Source of the DNA: an uncultured bacterium
GTDB taxonomy: Bacteria > Pseudomonadota > Gammaproteobacteria > Burkholderiales > Burkholderiaceae_C
Length of the DNA: 64,000 nucleotides
Assembly: GCA_963701725.1 (NCBI GenBank)
Contig: CAVPAZ010000024.1
Location: 47,580-111,579, forward strand
Direction of reading: 5' to 3'
Within the stretch, counting starts at the first letter, position 1. Every line of letters begins with the position of its first letter. Shown here in pieces: positions 31,795 to 41,295 of the stretch. The notes under the pieces are model-generated. The model was given only the letters and a program-made list of their open reading frames with translations, searched no databases and was not told the origin of the DNA. Both the position numbers and the translations under genes were made by a program.

Positions 31795-33533
31795 TTCAGC
31801 ACGAACTCGCCGGGCGCGTCACCCAGCGCCTCGCTGCGCGGCAACGGGCGTGCCACCTGTTTGCTGGACGAATGGGCCTCCAGCCACTGTTGCCAGGCTG
31901 GCCACCAAGAGCCTTCATGGTGCGTTGCGCCGCGCTCGTAGTCGTCGGGTTCGATCCACGGGCCGTGCGCAGGCCGGGTGGCGATCCGGTAGCTGCGGTG
32001 CGCGTGGCCGGGCTCGGAGACGATGCCGGCGTTGTGGCCTCCGCTGGCGAGCACGAACGTGATCTCGGCTTCACTCAGCAGGTGCAGCTTGTAGACCGAA
32101 CGCCACGGCGACACGTGGTCGCGCGCCGTGCCGACCATGAACATCGGCAGCCGCAGGTCGGCCAGCGATACCACCTGCCCCTGCCGCCCGCCGATGCGGA
32201 AGCTGCCGGTCGCCAGCGCGTTGTGCAGATAGAGCGAGGTCAGGTACTCGTTGTGCATGCGGGCCGGCATGCGCGTCGTGTCGGCGTTCCAGGCCATCAG
32301 GTCGCTCGGTTGCTCGCGCTCGCCCATCAGGTACTCTCGCATGCGGCGCGTCCACACCAGGTCGCGCGAATGCAGGAACTGGAATGAACCGGCCATCTGG
32401 TCGCCGGTGAGATAGCCCTGATCGCGCATCAGCTCGCGCAGGTAGGCGACCTGGCTTTCGTCGATGAACAGGCCCAGTTCGCCGGGCTCGGAGAAGTCGG
32501 TCTGCGCAGCAAGCAGTGTCGTCGTCTTCAGGGGCGCGAGCCGACCCGCATCGGACACGCTGCCGTTGTTCCCCAATGCGGCCGCGGCGATGGACAGCAG
32601 CGTGCCGCCGAGGCAGTAGCCCACCGCATGCACCGGCGTCGGCTTGGGGCTCAGCGCTGCGATCGTCCTGAGCGCATCGAAAGGTCCCAGGCGCAGGTAG
32701 TCGTCCATCGTCAGCCCGTGGTCGGCCGCGTCGGGGTTGAGCCAAGACAGCATGTACACCGTGTGTCCCTGCTCAACGAGGTAGCGCACCAACGAGTTGT
32801 GCGGTGACAGGTCGAGGATGTAGTACTTGTTGATCCACGACGGCACGATGAATACCGGCTCCGGGTGCACGGTCCGGCTCTGCGCGTCGTAGCGGATCAG
32901 CTCGATCAGCCGGTTGCGCAGCACCACCTTGCCGGGGGTCGCGGCCACGTCGCGGCCGACCTTGAAATGCGCCTCGCGCTGCGCGGCCTGCACGGCGGCG
33001 GGGTCGGCCGACAGGTCCTCCATCCAGTTGCCGAGGCCGCGCAACAGCGGGCCACCAAAGGCCTTCGCGTTCTCATGCAGCATCACCGGATTGGTGGCCA
33101 GCCAGTTGGCAGGCGTCAGCACACCGAGCGTCTGGCGGGCGAAGACATCCGTCATCTCGGCGTGGTGGCGCGTCATGCCGGGCAGGCGTGAGGCTTCGTG
33201 CCACCAGGTCTCGACGTTGCGAAAACCAGAGCGCATCACGTTGAACGGCCACGCCGCCCAGGCTTCATGGCGAAATCGCGGGTCGTCGTCGGCCGCGCCG
33301 GCTGGCAGCAGATCCTCGCCGCGCAGCGTGTCCTGGCCCAGTTGCATCGCCAGCGCGGCCAGGTCCATCTGCTTGCCGGGCGAGACGCCCAGGTGCCACG
33401 CCCAGTCGGCCAAGGCAAGCGACAACGAGACCGGCGACAAGCCGCCGGTCAGCGGCAACGCTGCGACGTGCAACTCGCGATCGAGTCGTTCGGTGGGAGT
33501 TTCCTGGTGGCGCTCGGTGGTGGAGCGGTTCAT
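31779..33533 (-). CDS. phaC: Class I poly(3-hydroxyalkanoate) synthase
   Basis: Intact 584-aa ORF with VPSWINKYYILDL, the lipase-box GYCLGG and ASGGHNAG. Its 3' end overlaps the mgtA start by 16 nt. Confidence 0.92.
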   Translation of the reverse strand: MNRSTTERHQETPTERLDRELHVAALPLTGGLSPVSLSLALADWAWHLGVSPGKQMDLAALAMQLGQDTLRGEDLLPAGAADDDPRFRHEAWAAWPFNVMRSGFRNVETWWHEASRLPGMTRHHAEMTDVFARQTLGVLTPANWLATNPVMLHENAKAFGGPLLRGLGNWMEDLSADPAAVQAAQREAHFKVGRDVAATPGKVVLRNRLIELIRYDAQSRTVHPEPVFIVPSWINKYYILDLSPHNSLVRYLVEQGHTVYMLSWLNPDAADHGLTMDDYLRLGPFDALRTIAALSPKPTPVHAVGYCLGGTLLSIAAAALGNNGSVSDAGRLAPLKTTTLLAAQTDFSEPGELGLFIDESQVAYLRELMRDQGYLTGDQMAGSFQFLHSRDLVWTRRMREYLMGEREQPSDLMAWNADTTRMPARMHNEYLTSLYLHNALATGSFRIGGRQGQVVSLADLRLPMFMVGTARDHVSPWRSVYKLHLLSEAEITFVLASGGHNAGIVSEPGHAHRSYRIATRPAHGPWIEPDDYERGATHHEGSWWPAWQQWLEAHSSSKQVARPLPRSEALGDAPGEFVLKCYSS

Positions 33534-33664
33534 GGCGGCGCGTAGGCGATCTCAGCACCCGTGCGTGATCGACTGGGAAGCCCATTCTGCGGCGGTCGAG
33601 ATTGCCCGGCATTGATTCACGCCAACGCCTGTCGCCTTTGCAGCGCAGGCCCGGCTGGCGTGGC

Positions 33665-35419
33665 TCAAAAGAGGAAATACCGCTGTGCCATCGGCAGCAC
33701 CGCCGCCGGCTCGCAGGTCAACAGCACGCCGTCGGCGCGCACTTCGTAGGTCTGGGCGTCGATCTCCATCGCCGGCAGGTAGTCGTTGAGCAACATGTCG
33801 CGCTTGGTGACGTGGCGGCAGTGCTTCACTGCGGAAATACGCTTGTGCAGGCCCAGCGTCTCGCCCAGATCGCCCGCCAGCGCGGCCTGGCTCATGAAGG
33901 TGATCGAGCCACGCGCCAGCGCGCCGCCGAAGCTGCCGAACATCGGCCGGTAGTGCACCGGCTGCGGCGTCGGGATGCTGGCGTTCGGGTCGCCCATCGC
34001 GGCCATCGCGATGAAGCCGCCTTTCAGGATGAGTGAAGGCTTGACGCCGAAGAAGGCCGGCTTCCAAAGCACCAGGTCGGCCCACTTGCCGACCTCGATG
34101 CTGCCCACCTCATGCGCGATGCCGTTGGCGATGGCGGGGTTGATCGTGTACTTGGCGACGTAGCGTTTGGCGCGCGAATTGTCGTTGCGCGAAGAATCGG
34201 CCGGCAGCCCGCCGGGCCGCGTGTCGCCTTGCAGGCTGCCGCGCTGGACCTTCATCTTGTGCGCCGTCTGCCAGCAGCGCAGCACGACCTCGCCGACGCG
34301 GCCCATCGCCTGGCTGTCGCTCGAGAACATGCTGATCGCGCCCAGGTCGTGAAGCACGTCCTCGGCGGCGATGGTCTCGCGCCGGATGCGGCTTTCGGCG
34401 AACGCGAGGTCTTCGGCGATGTTCGCATCGAGGTGGTGGCAGACCATCAGCATGTCGAGGTGCTCGTCGACGGTGTTGACGGTGTAGGGCATCGTCGGAT
34501 TCGTCGACGAGGGCAGGAAGTTCGCCTCGCCGACGACGCGCAGGATGTCGGGCGCGTGGCCGCCGCCGGCGCCCTCGGTGTGGAAGGCGCACAGCGTGCG
34601 GCCCTTCGTCGCGCGAACAGTGTCCTCGACGAAGCCCGATTCGTTCAGCGTGTCGCTGTGGATCGAGACCTGGGTGTCGGTCTCTTCAGCCACCGCCAGG
34701 CAGGCGTCGATGGCCGAGGGCGTCGTGCCCCAGTCCTCGTGCAGCTTGAGGCCGATCGCGCCGGCCTCGACCTGCTGGCGCAGCGCCTCGGGCCGGCTCG
34801 AGTTGCCCTTGCCGAGGAAACCGAGGTTCATCGGAAAGGCTTCGGCTGCCTGCAGCATGCGCGCCAGGTTCTCGGGCCCCGGTGTGCAGGTGGTGGCAAA
34901 CGTTCCGGTCGCCGGACCGGTGCCGCCGCCGAGCATCGTCGTCACGCCGCTCGCTAGCGCCTCCTCGATCAGCTGCGGGCAGATGAAGTGAATGTGGCAG
35001 TCGATGCCGCCGGCGGTGACGATCATGCCTTCGGCAGCGATCACTTCGGTGCCCGGGCCGATCACGATGTCCACGCCCGGTTGCACGTCGGGGTTGCCGG
35101 CCTTGCCGATCGCGGCGATGCGCTGCCCGCGCAGGCCGATGTCGGCCTTGACGATGCCCCAGTGGTCGAGGATCAGCGCGTTGGTGATCACGCAATCCAC
35201 CGCCTCGCCGTGGCCCGGCCCGTTGACGCGCTGGCTCTGGCCCATGCCGTCGCGGATGGTCTTGCCGCCGCCGAACTTCACCTCTTCGCCATAGCCTCCG
35301 GCGCGCAGCGTGTAGTCCTGTTCGACCTCGATGATCAGTTCGGTGTCGGCCAGGCGCACCCGGTCACCGACCGTGGGGCCGTACATCTCGGCGTACGCGC
35401 GGCGGTGGATCATCGGCAT
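33665..35419 (-). CDS. ureC: Urease alpha subunit
   Basis: [18 protein letters not shown]..., [39 protein letters not shown]. The start was taken at MPMIHRR (35419) within ORF 33665..35494. Confidence 0.96.
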   Translation of the reverse strand: MPMIHRRAYAEMYGPTVGDRVRLADTELIIEVEQDYTLRAGGYGEEVKFGGGKTIRDGMGQSQRVNGPGHGEAVDCVITNALILDHWGIVKADIGLRGQRIAAIGKAGNPDVQPGVDIVIGPGTEVIAAEGMIVTAGGIDCHIHFICPQLIEEALASGVTTMLGGGTGPATGTFATTCTPGPENLARMLQAAEAFPMNLGFLGKGNSSRPEALRQQVEAGAIGLKLHEDWGTTPSAIDACLAVAEETDTQVSIHSDTLNESGFVEDTVRATKGRTLCAFHTEGAGGGHAPDILRVVGEANFLPSSTNPTMPYTVNTVDEHLDMLMVCHHLDANIAEDLAFAESRIRRETIAAEDVLHDLGAISMFSSDSQAMGRVGEVVLRCWQTAHKMKVQRGSLQGDTRPGGLPADSSRNDNSRAKRYVAKYTINPAIANGIAHEVGSIEVGKWADLVLWKPAFFGVKPSLILKGGFIAMAAMGDPNASIPTPQPVHYRPMFGSFGGALARGSITFMSQAALAGDLGETLGLHKRISAVKHCRHVTKRDMLLNDYLPAMEIDAQTYEVRADGVLLTCEPAAVLPMAQRYFLF

Positions 35420-35490
35420 CACAGCGCTCCCTGGACCAGGCCGCGAAAGCCGACCACACGCCGCTCGCCGGCGCTCTTGCGGACTTCCGT
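35419..35490 (-). pseudogene. ureB: Urease beta subunit, 3'-terminal remnant only (last ~17-23 codons)
   Basis: The frame ending in the TGA that shares its A with the ureC ATG reads (TEVRKS)[17 protein letters not shown]. It is preceded by TGATGA (35491-35496) and no further UreB/UreA sequence. Confidence 0.7.
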
Positions 35491-35618
35491 TCATCAGCTT
35501 GGAGGTAGTGTTCGACGGCGAGCCGGATTACCTGCGACACCGGCAGTTTCTTGGCGACGGCCTTCGCCTTCACGTCTTCCAGGGTCTTGTCGTTGAGATA
35601 GAGACTCATTTGCGGCAT
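35490..35618 (-). CDS. Ribbon-helix-helix (CopG/antitoxin-like) protein. Its own stop is missing because the ORF runs across the junction.
   Basis: GAGGAGG lies 8 nt before ATG 35618. [43 protein letters not shown] shows the beta-strand plus two-helix RHH pattern. As given, the ORF continues to 35364 through ureB'/ureC sequence. Confidence 0.6.
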
Positions 35619-35751
35619 GAAACTCGCCTCCTCGTCTGATATACCATCACCATGGTAGAGAGCGTGTGCCGGAAAGTAAAGGGGATGTGCGGTAGCTGGC
35701 TTCCCCGGAACTTGTCGCGATGAAACGCCGTGAGCTGCGCCGGCGCGTGGA

Positions 35752-36214
35752 TCAGGCCTGGCGCGCCGGCGCGACCGGCACCTTGACGACGATCTTCCGG
35801 ACGGTGGTCGCGGCGCCGCGGCTGAGCTTGGGCATGTGGCCGTCCTGGGGGAAGAAGACGGCGAACGACCCGGGCCGCAGCGTGACGAGATCCACTTCGC
35901 CCTCGAGCGTCTCGAAGTCGGCGGCTTCGTCCCAGGCGGTCGGCCGTGCACGCGGCGCGGCTGCAGACGCCGATCTGCTCGATGCCGCTGGCGACGACCT
36001 GGACGTCGATGTGCCGGCGGTGGCACTCGATGAAGCCTTCGCCCGGCGCCAGCGTCCGGTAGCTGCTGACGAGCGCGAAGCACCCGTCGCCGAGGTCGTG
36101 GCGGCCGTCGGCGAGCGCCGCGAGGTCCGTCGCGTCGAGGAAGTCCGCCACGCGCGCGAAGAGCGGGTGCGCGCCGAGGTAGTCGCGGAAGCGGTCCAGC
36201 GTGTCGAGGATCAT
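35752..36214 (-). pseudogene. YhcH/YjgK/YiaL-family (DUF386) protein, with one frame break near 35,945
   Basis: MILDTLDRFRDYLGAHPLFARVADFL...GFIECHRRHIDVQVVASGIEQIG is in ORF 35606..36727. It is followed in another frame by AWDEAADFETLEGEVDLVTLRPGSFAVFFPQDGHMPKL...* (stop 35752-35754). Confidence 0.7.
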
Positions 36215-36233
36215 GGTGCGCCCGGACGCAGGC

Positions 36234-36886
36234 TCATGCGCGGGCCACGGCCCGCTCCGCGGCCTCGCAGAGCGCCTTGGACGGGTGGGCGCCGACGAGC
36301 AGCTCGCTGCCGCCGAAGACGAACGCCGGGACGGCCGTGATCTTGCGGCGGTGCGCTTCCGCGGTCCCCTCGCGCAGCGCGGCCTCGCCGCTCGCCGGCC
36401 GCGAGGGCGGCGTCCAGGCGCGCGGCGTCGAGCCCGACGTCGGCGAAGATCCGGCGCAGCACCGCGGGGTCGCCGATGTCGCGCAGTTCGCCGAAGTTCG
36501 CGCGGAAGAGCGCGTGGTGCAGCGCCTCGAAGCGCTCCGGGCTTTCGGCCTGGACGATCGCGCTCGCCGCGAGCGCGCGGTGCGTGTTGGCGAGCAGCGA
36601 CTCGGGGGTGCGCGTGCGCGAACTCGATCCCCTCGGCGGCGGCCTGCTGGCGCAGCCGCGCCATCGCGGCCGCGAGGTCGTCGGGGTCGTAGCCGAGCGC
36701 CGAGAGCGGCATCCCCGCCGGCGGCACCTCGGGGTGGATCTCGAAGGGGCGCCACGCGATCGCGAGCGCGATCCGGCCGGCGAGCGCGGCGCGGGCCTTC
36801 TCGAGGCGGACCGCCCCGATGGAGCACCACGGTCAGGTGTAGTCGCTGAAGACTTCGACGCGCACGACGGGCGGTTCGTGGCTCAT
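36234..36886 (-). pseudogene. DsbA/FrnE-like thiol-disulfide oxidoreductase. It has an in-frame TGA at the first Cys of CxxC (candidate Sec) and two frame breaks (~36,610 and ~36,395).
   Basis: GGAGGAGGAG lies 6 nt before ATG 36886. The frame reads MSHEPPVVRVEVFSDYT-TGA-PWCSIGAVRLEKARAAL...WRPFEIHPEVP..., the same phase as ORF 35606..36727. Later parts (ESPERFEALHHALF..., ITAVPAFVFGG...) are in ORFs 36211..36462 and 36234..36830. Confidence 0.7.
36801..36819 (-). promoter_or_regulatory. SECIS-like stem-loop 13 nt downstream of the in-frame TGA
   Basis: The mRNA reads UGA-CCGUGGUGCUCCA-UCGGGGCG-GUC-CGCCUCGA. The stem is 8 bp with one G-U pair, and the apical-loop G lies ~22 nt after the UGA. 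Confidence 0.3.
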
Positions 36887-36907
36887 GGGGTGCTCCTCCT
36901 CCCCGCG

Positions 36908-36936
36908 ATTCTGTGCCGTCCGGACAGGGGAGTCAA
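36908..36936 (-). promoter_or_regulatory. Sigma-70-type promoter in front of the DsbA-like gene
   Basis: The minus strand reads TTGACT (36936-36931), a 17-nt spacer, then CAGAAT (36913-36908), ~20 nt upstream of the SD. Confidence 0.45.
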
Positions 36937-36998
36937 ACCCGCGCCGCGGTTTCCTCGTCCCCCTTCGATGGCGCCGCCCGCGCCCGTTCGTGTTCCCA

Positions 36999-37032
36999 CT
37001 CCCCCATGGTGGCCGGGCGCACCATGGGGGAG
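36999..37032 (-). terminator. Perfect 13-bp inverted repeat hairpin after the truncated upstream ORF (no U-tract)
   Basis: ctcccccatggtg (36999-37011), an 8-nt loop, then caccatgggggag (37020-37032). On the minus strand it begins 34 nt downstream of the stop at 37066. Confidence 0.4.
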
Positions 37033-37065
37033 CATCGTCCTTCGCACCCGCCCGCGAAGCCGCGA

Positions 37066-37359
37066 TCAGATCGTCGTGTAGCCGCGGCCGCCGCGGCGCC
37101 GGCGGATCGTCCCGCCGTCGTCGTCGGCCGGCCGGCTGTCCTGCCGCGCCAGCCGGAAGGCGCACAGGTGGAGCAGCACCCCGTCGGCCGCCAGCGCGCC
37201 GCCGGAGATCGACCGGGAGCGAAAGCGCAGGTCCTCGCCGAGGCCCGCGGCCGGGAACGAGTCCACCTGCGCCTCGGCGGCCTGGCGCAGCAGCGAGGCG
37301 ACCTTGGCGCGCGTGGCGGGGGCCGAAGGCGGGACGCGCAGCTCCTCGATCGCGTCGAT
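37066..37359 (-). pseudogene. 5'-truncated ORF of unknown function (C-terminal 97 codons only)
   Basis: The frame is open right up to the 16S junction: IDAIEELRVPPSAPATRAKVASLLRQAAEAQVDSFPAAGLGEDLRFRSRSISGGALAADGVLLHLCAFRLARQD...*. I do not recognise the family. Confidence 0.4.
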
Positions 37360-38125
<766 letters not shown>

Positions 38126-38304
38126 AGTTGGCTGCCCTCCCAGACCCTTGCGGACCAGGTCGAGCAATTACCTCAACGCGAGAGCCATTCAATTGGCTCC
38201 ATATTGCGTTGTCGGTTGTCTTGTGTAGTGGACGCCGTCCAGCTCCTTGCGGAGCCGCGCGCGTCCGGCTGACACTCGACGGGTTGTGCGTGCGTTCTAT
38301 CTAG

Positions 38305-38316
38305 TTTTCAAAGAAC
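38305..38316 (-). promoter_or_regulatory. boxA-like antitermination element in the rRNA leader
   Basis: The minus strand reads GTTCTTTGAAAA, matching 9 of 12 positions of the E. coli boxA core GCTCTTTAACAA. It lies ~40 nt downstream of the P2 -10. Confidence 0.35.
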
Positions 38317-38360
38317 CGGCGCCTCTGCGGACGCCGCTCCCGCTCTTCAGCGGGCTTTCA

Positions 38361-38389
38361 ATCCTATCGTCGACTCTTGCCCGTGTCAA
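38361..38389 (-). promoter_or_regulatory. rRNA promoter P2
   Basis: The minus strand reads TTGACA (38389-38384), a 17-nt spacer, then TAGGAT (38366-38361). An A/T-rich UP-like stretch, gaaatttcgaaggcgatgaaaaaagagg, lies just upstream. Confidence 0.6.
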
Positions 38390-38568
38390 CCTCTTTTTTC
38401 ATCGCCTTCGAAATTTCTTTCTTTCGGCGACGCCTTGCCGACCCCTGGGAAGTTCCCGTGTGTCTCGGCTAGGGTTGTTGACGCGACTGGGAGCGTCAGA
38501 TGACCTCGACCCGAAGGCCTCAGTCGGCGCCGGTCTGTGGAAGACCCGGTGACCAGCGCGGATTTGTA

Positions 38569-38597
38569 GTTATACGCGATGCCGCCGACCCTGTCAA
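38569..38597 (-). promoter_or_regulatory. rRNA promoter P1
   Basis: The minus strand reads TTGACA (38597-38592), a 17-nt spacer, then TATAAC (38574-38569). Confidence 0.6.
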
Positions 38598-38821
38598 CCA
38601 CCTATTTCGCCGGCACCGTTCATTTCCCGCCCCTCCACCGGTGCGAACGTGCGCGCGCCGCCAAAGGGATCGGGATCATTGATCGATCCGCCGCGGAGAT
38701 CAAGCCCCAACTTCAGCCCCGACGGCGAACCGTGCGATCACCGAGCCGCCCGGCCTCCGCCAGGCCTTCCCGTGTGTCAGCCACAGACGCCTGACGTCCC
38801 GTTGGGCCGGCGTTGCTGGGC

Positions 38822-40108
38822 CTATCCGACCAACCGCACCACGTGCTGCTGCCTCGCGCCCCGCCGGACGACGAACACGCGGCCGCCTATGGCGACCGCC
38901 TGCGTCAACCGCTCGCGCTCGTTCGTCACGCGGCGGTTGTTCACGGACACGCCGCCCCCCTTCACGAGCCGCATGGCCTCGCTCTTCGACGGCGCCAGCG
39001 CGGTCTTCACGAGGACGTCCGCGATGCCGACGCCCTCGCCCTGGAACGCGTCCGCCCCCCATTCGGTCGACGGGACGTCCTCGAAGACGTCGAGGACTTC
39101 GTCGGCCGTCAACTCGGAGATCCCTTCGCCGAACAGCAGTTGTGATGCGCGCTCGGCCCGCTGCACGGCGCCCTCGCCGTGCACCAGCGCCGTGACGGCC
39201 CGCGCGAGCACGCGCTGCACCTCGCGCCGTTCGGGCGCGCGCGCCATCTCCTCGCCGAGCGCCTCGACTTCCTGCTGCGTGAAGAACGTGAAGTACTTCA
39301 GGTACGTCTGCACGTCGCGGTCGTCCGTGTTCAGCCAGAACTGGTAGAAGCGGAAGGGCGACGTCCGGCCCGCATCCAGCCATACCGTGCCCGCTTCGGT
39401 CTTGCCGAACTTCACGCCAGCGGCGGTGGTGACCAGCGGCATCACGAGCCCGTGCGCCCGGGCGCCGCCGCGCAGTTTCCGGATCAGGTCGCATCCGGCG
39501 GTGATGTTGCCCCACTGGTCACTGCCACCCAGTTGCAGCGTGCAGCCGTAGCGTTCGTTCAGGACCAGGAAATCGTAGGCTTGCAGCAGCAGGTAGCTGA
39601 ACTCCGTGTAGGAGATGCCGTCTTCGGCCTCGAGACGCCGCCGGACGGCCTCCTTTCCAAGCATGTAGTTCACGGTGAAGTGCTTGCCGACGTCACGGAG
39701 GAACGACATCAGGTCGACCGTCGCGAGCCAGTCGGCGTTGTCGACGATCTGTGCCGCGTTGGAGGCGCGTTCGAAGTCGAGGAACCGCGACAACTGCTCC
39801 CTGATGCCGACGAGGTTCGCGGCCACCTGCTCGCGGGTCTGCAGTTGGCGCTCCGGCGTCTTGCCGCTGGGGTCGCCTATCAGCCCCGTGCCGCCGCCGA
39901 CGATCGCGATGGGCCGGTGTCCGGCGCGCTGCATCCGCGCGAGCGCCATGATCGGGAGCAGCGACCCCACGTGCAGGCTCGACGCCGTCGGGTCGAAGCC
40001 GATGTAGCAGGTCAGCGACTGCGTCGCCAGCGCGTCGGCCAGCCCCTCCGTCGCCTCGTAGACCATCCCGCGCCATTTGAACTCGTCGAACACACTTGTC
40101 ACGGTCAC
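38822..40108 (-). CDS. tyrS: Tyrosine--tRNA ligase
   Basis: Intact 428-aa ORF with FDPTASSLHVGSLLP (HIGH region), KFGKTEAG (KMSKS region) and a C-terminal S4-like domain. Confidence 0.95.
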   Translation of the reverse strand: MTVTSVFDEFKWRGMVYEATEGLADALATQSLTCYIGFDPTASSLHVGSLLPIMALARMQRAGHRPIAIVGGGTGLIGDPSGKTPERQLQTREQVAANLVGIREQLSRFLDFERASNAAQIVDNADWLATVDLMSFLRDVGKHFTVNYMLGKEAVRRRLEAEDGISYTEFSYLLLQAYDFLVLNERYGCTLQLGGSDQWGNITAGCDLIRKLRGGARAHGLVMPLVTTAAGVKFGKTEAGTVWLDAGRTSPFRFYQFWLNTDDRDVQTYLKYFTFFTQQEVEALGEEMARAPERREVQRVLARAVTALVHGEGAVQRAERASQLLFGEGISELTADEVLDVFEDVPSTEWGADAFQGEGVGIADVLVKTALAPSKSEAMRLVKGGGVSVNNRRVTNERERLTQAVAIGGRVFVVRRGARQQHVVRLVG

Positions 40109-40439
40109 GATCCGTCGCTCCTTCGCGGCCTGCGCCGCGCTGCGCGGGGGCCGCGTCGCAGTCCCGCCCCCACACTACTCGGACAGGACAGCATAGCTGC
40201 CCCGCGCGCGGAACACACGTCCTGCGGGCGCGCGCCCACTGACCGCGGGGAGCCCGCTCCACGCGATCCCGATCTCGTCGGACGCGCGATGCCGCGGTCG
40301 CGCCGGGCGGACGCGAAGCGTGGGCGGGCGCAACCCGCCGTGACGCCAGGCCCTCCGTGGTCAGCGGAGCCAGTCTGCCGGCAGGCGCTCATGCCCCCTA
40401 TCGTCCGCGCGCGTCACGAAGGCGTTATAGGATCCGTCC

Positions 40440-41295
40440 ATGGGTCCCGGCCACGATCCGACCCGGCGCCGAGTGTTGGAATTGGCGACGGCCGTCGTCG
40501 TGGGCGCGGTCACCGGCTTCAACGCCGACACGGTGATTCACGAACAGTCGGCCCTCGGCGTGACGCAGCAGGCGGTCGATCTTCCCGCGTGGCCGGCCGC
40601 CATGGACGGCCTGACCGTAGGATTCTTGACGGACCTGCACCGCAGCGGCACGGTGTCGCGCGAGCTGGTCGATCGCGCCGTGGCCGAACTGTTGTCCCTT
40701 CGGCCCGGCCTCATCGTCCTCGGTGGTGACTACGTCTCGTTCGGCGAGCGCGCGTACGTGGACTCCGTCGCCGAGTCGCTGGCGCGCCTCCGGGCGCCGC
40801 ACGGCGTCTTCGCGGTGCTCGGCAACCACGACGACGAGCGTTTCGTACCGGCCGCGCTGGCTCGCGTCGGCATCGAGGTGCTGAGGGACGAGCGAACCCG
40901 GATCACGGTGGCCGGGCACGCTCTCGACCTGGTCGGCGTGCGCTACTGGACCCGCCGCGTGGCGGAGATCGCGGCGATGGTCGACCCGCAAGCAGCCGGC
41001 GCGCATCCTGCTCGCGCACGACCCGCGGCGCCTGCGCGAGGCGGTGGACCTGGGGTTTCCCCTCGTGCTGTCGGGGCACACCCACGGCGGCCAGGTCGTG
41101 CTCCGGGCTCGGGCCGTGGCGGCCCGCAAGTTCCCCATCGCGTCTGGGCTGCTGGCCCGCGACCGCACGCAGTTATTCGTCAGCCGAGGCATCGGGACGG
41201 TGTATGTCCCGGTGCGCTACAAGTGCCCGCCCGAAGTGGCGCTGGTCACACTCCGGCGAAGCGATCCCCAGCCACCCCAGCGGAATCCCGCATAG
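40440..41295 (+). pseudogene. Metallophosphoesterase (Tat-signal, YkuE-like), with a frame break near 40,985
   Basis: RRRVLEL twin-Arg N-terminus, then GFLTDLH, LGGDYV and LGNHD in ORF 40440... LAHDPRR...LSGHTHGGQ is in ORF 41044..41295. Confidence 0.75.

Noticed and set aside
31795-31900. Mg2+-sensing leader or riboswitch for mgtA
   Set aside because: The sequence upstream of the mgtA start is the 3' coding end of phaC, so there is no free leader.
40109-40439. T-box riboswitch upstream of tyrS
   Set aside because: I read the leader on the minus strand and found no T-box consensus (AGAGA/GNUGGNA-type core), no specifier-loop/terminator pair and no U-tract terminator.
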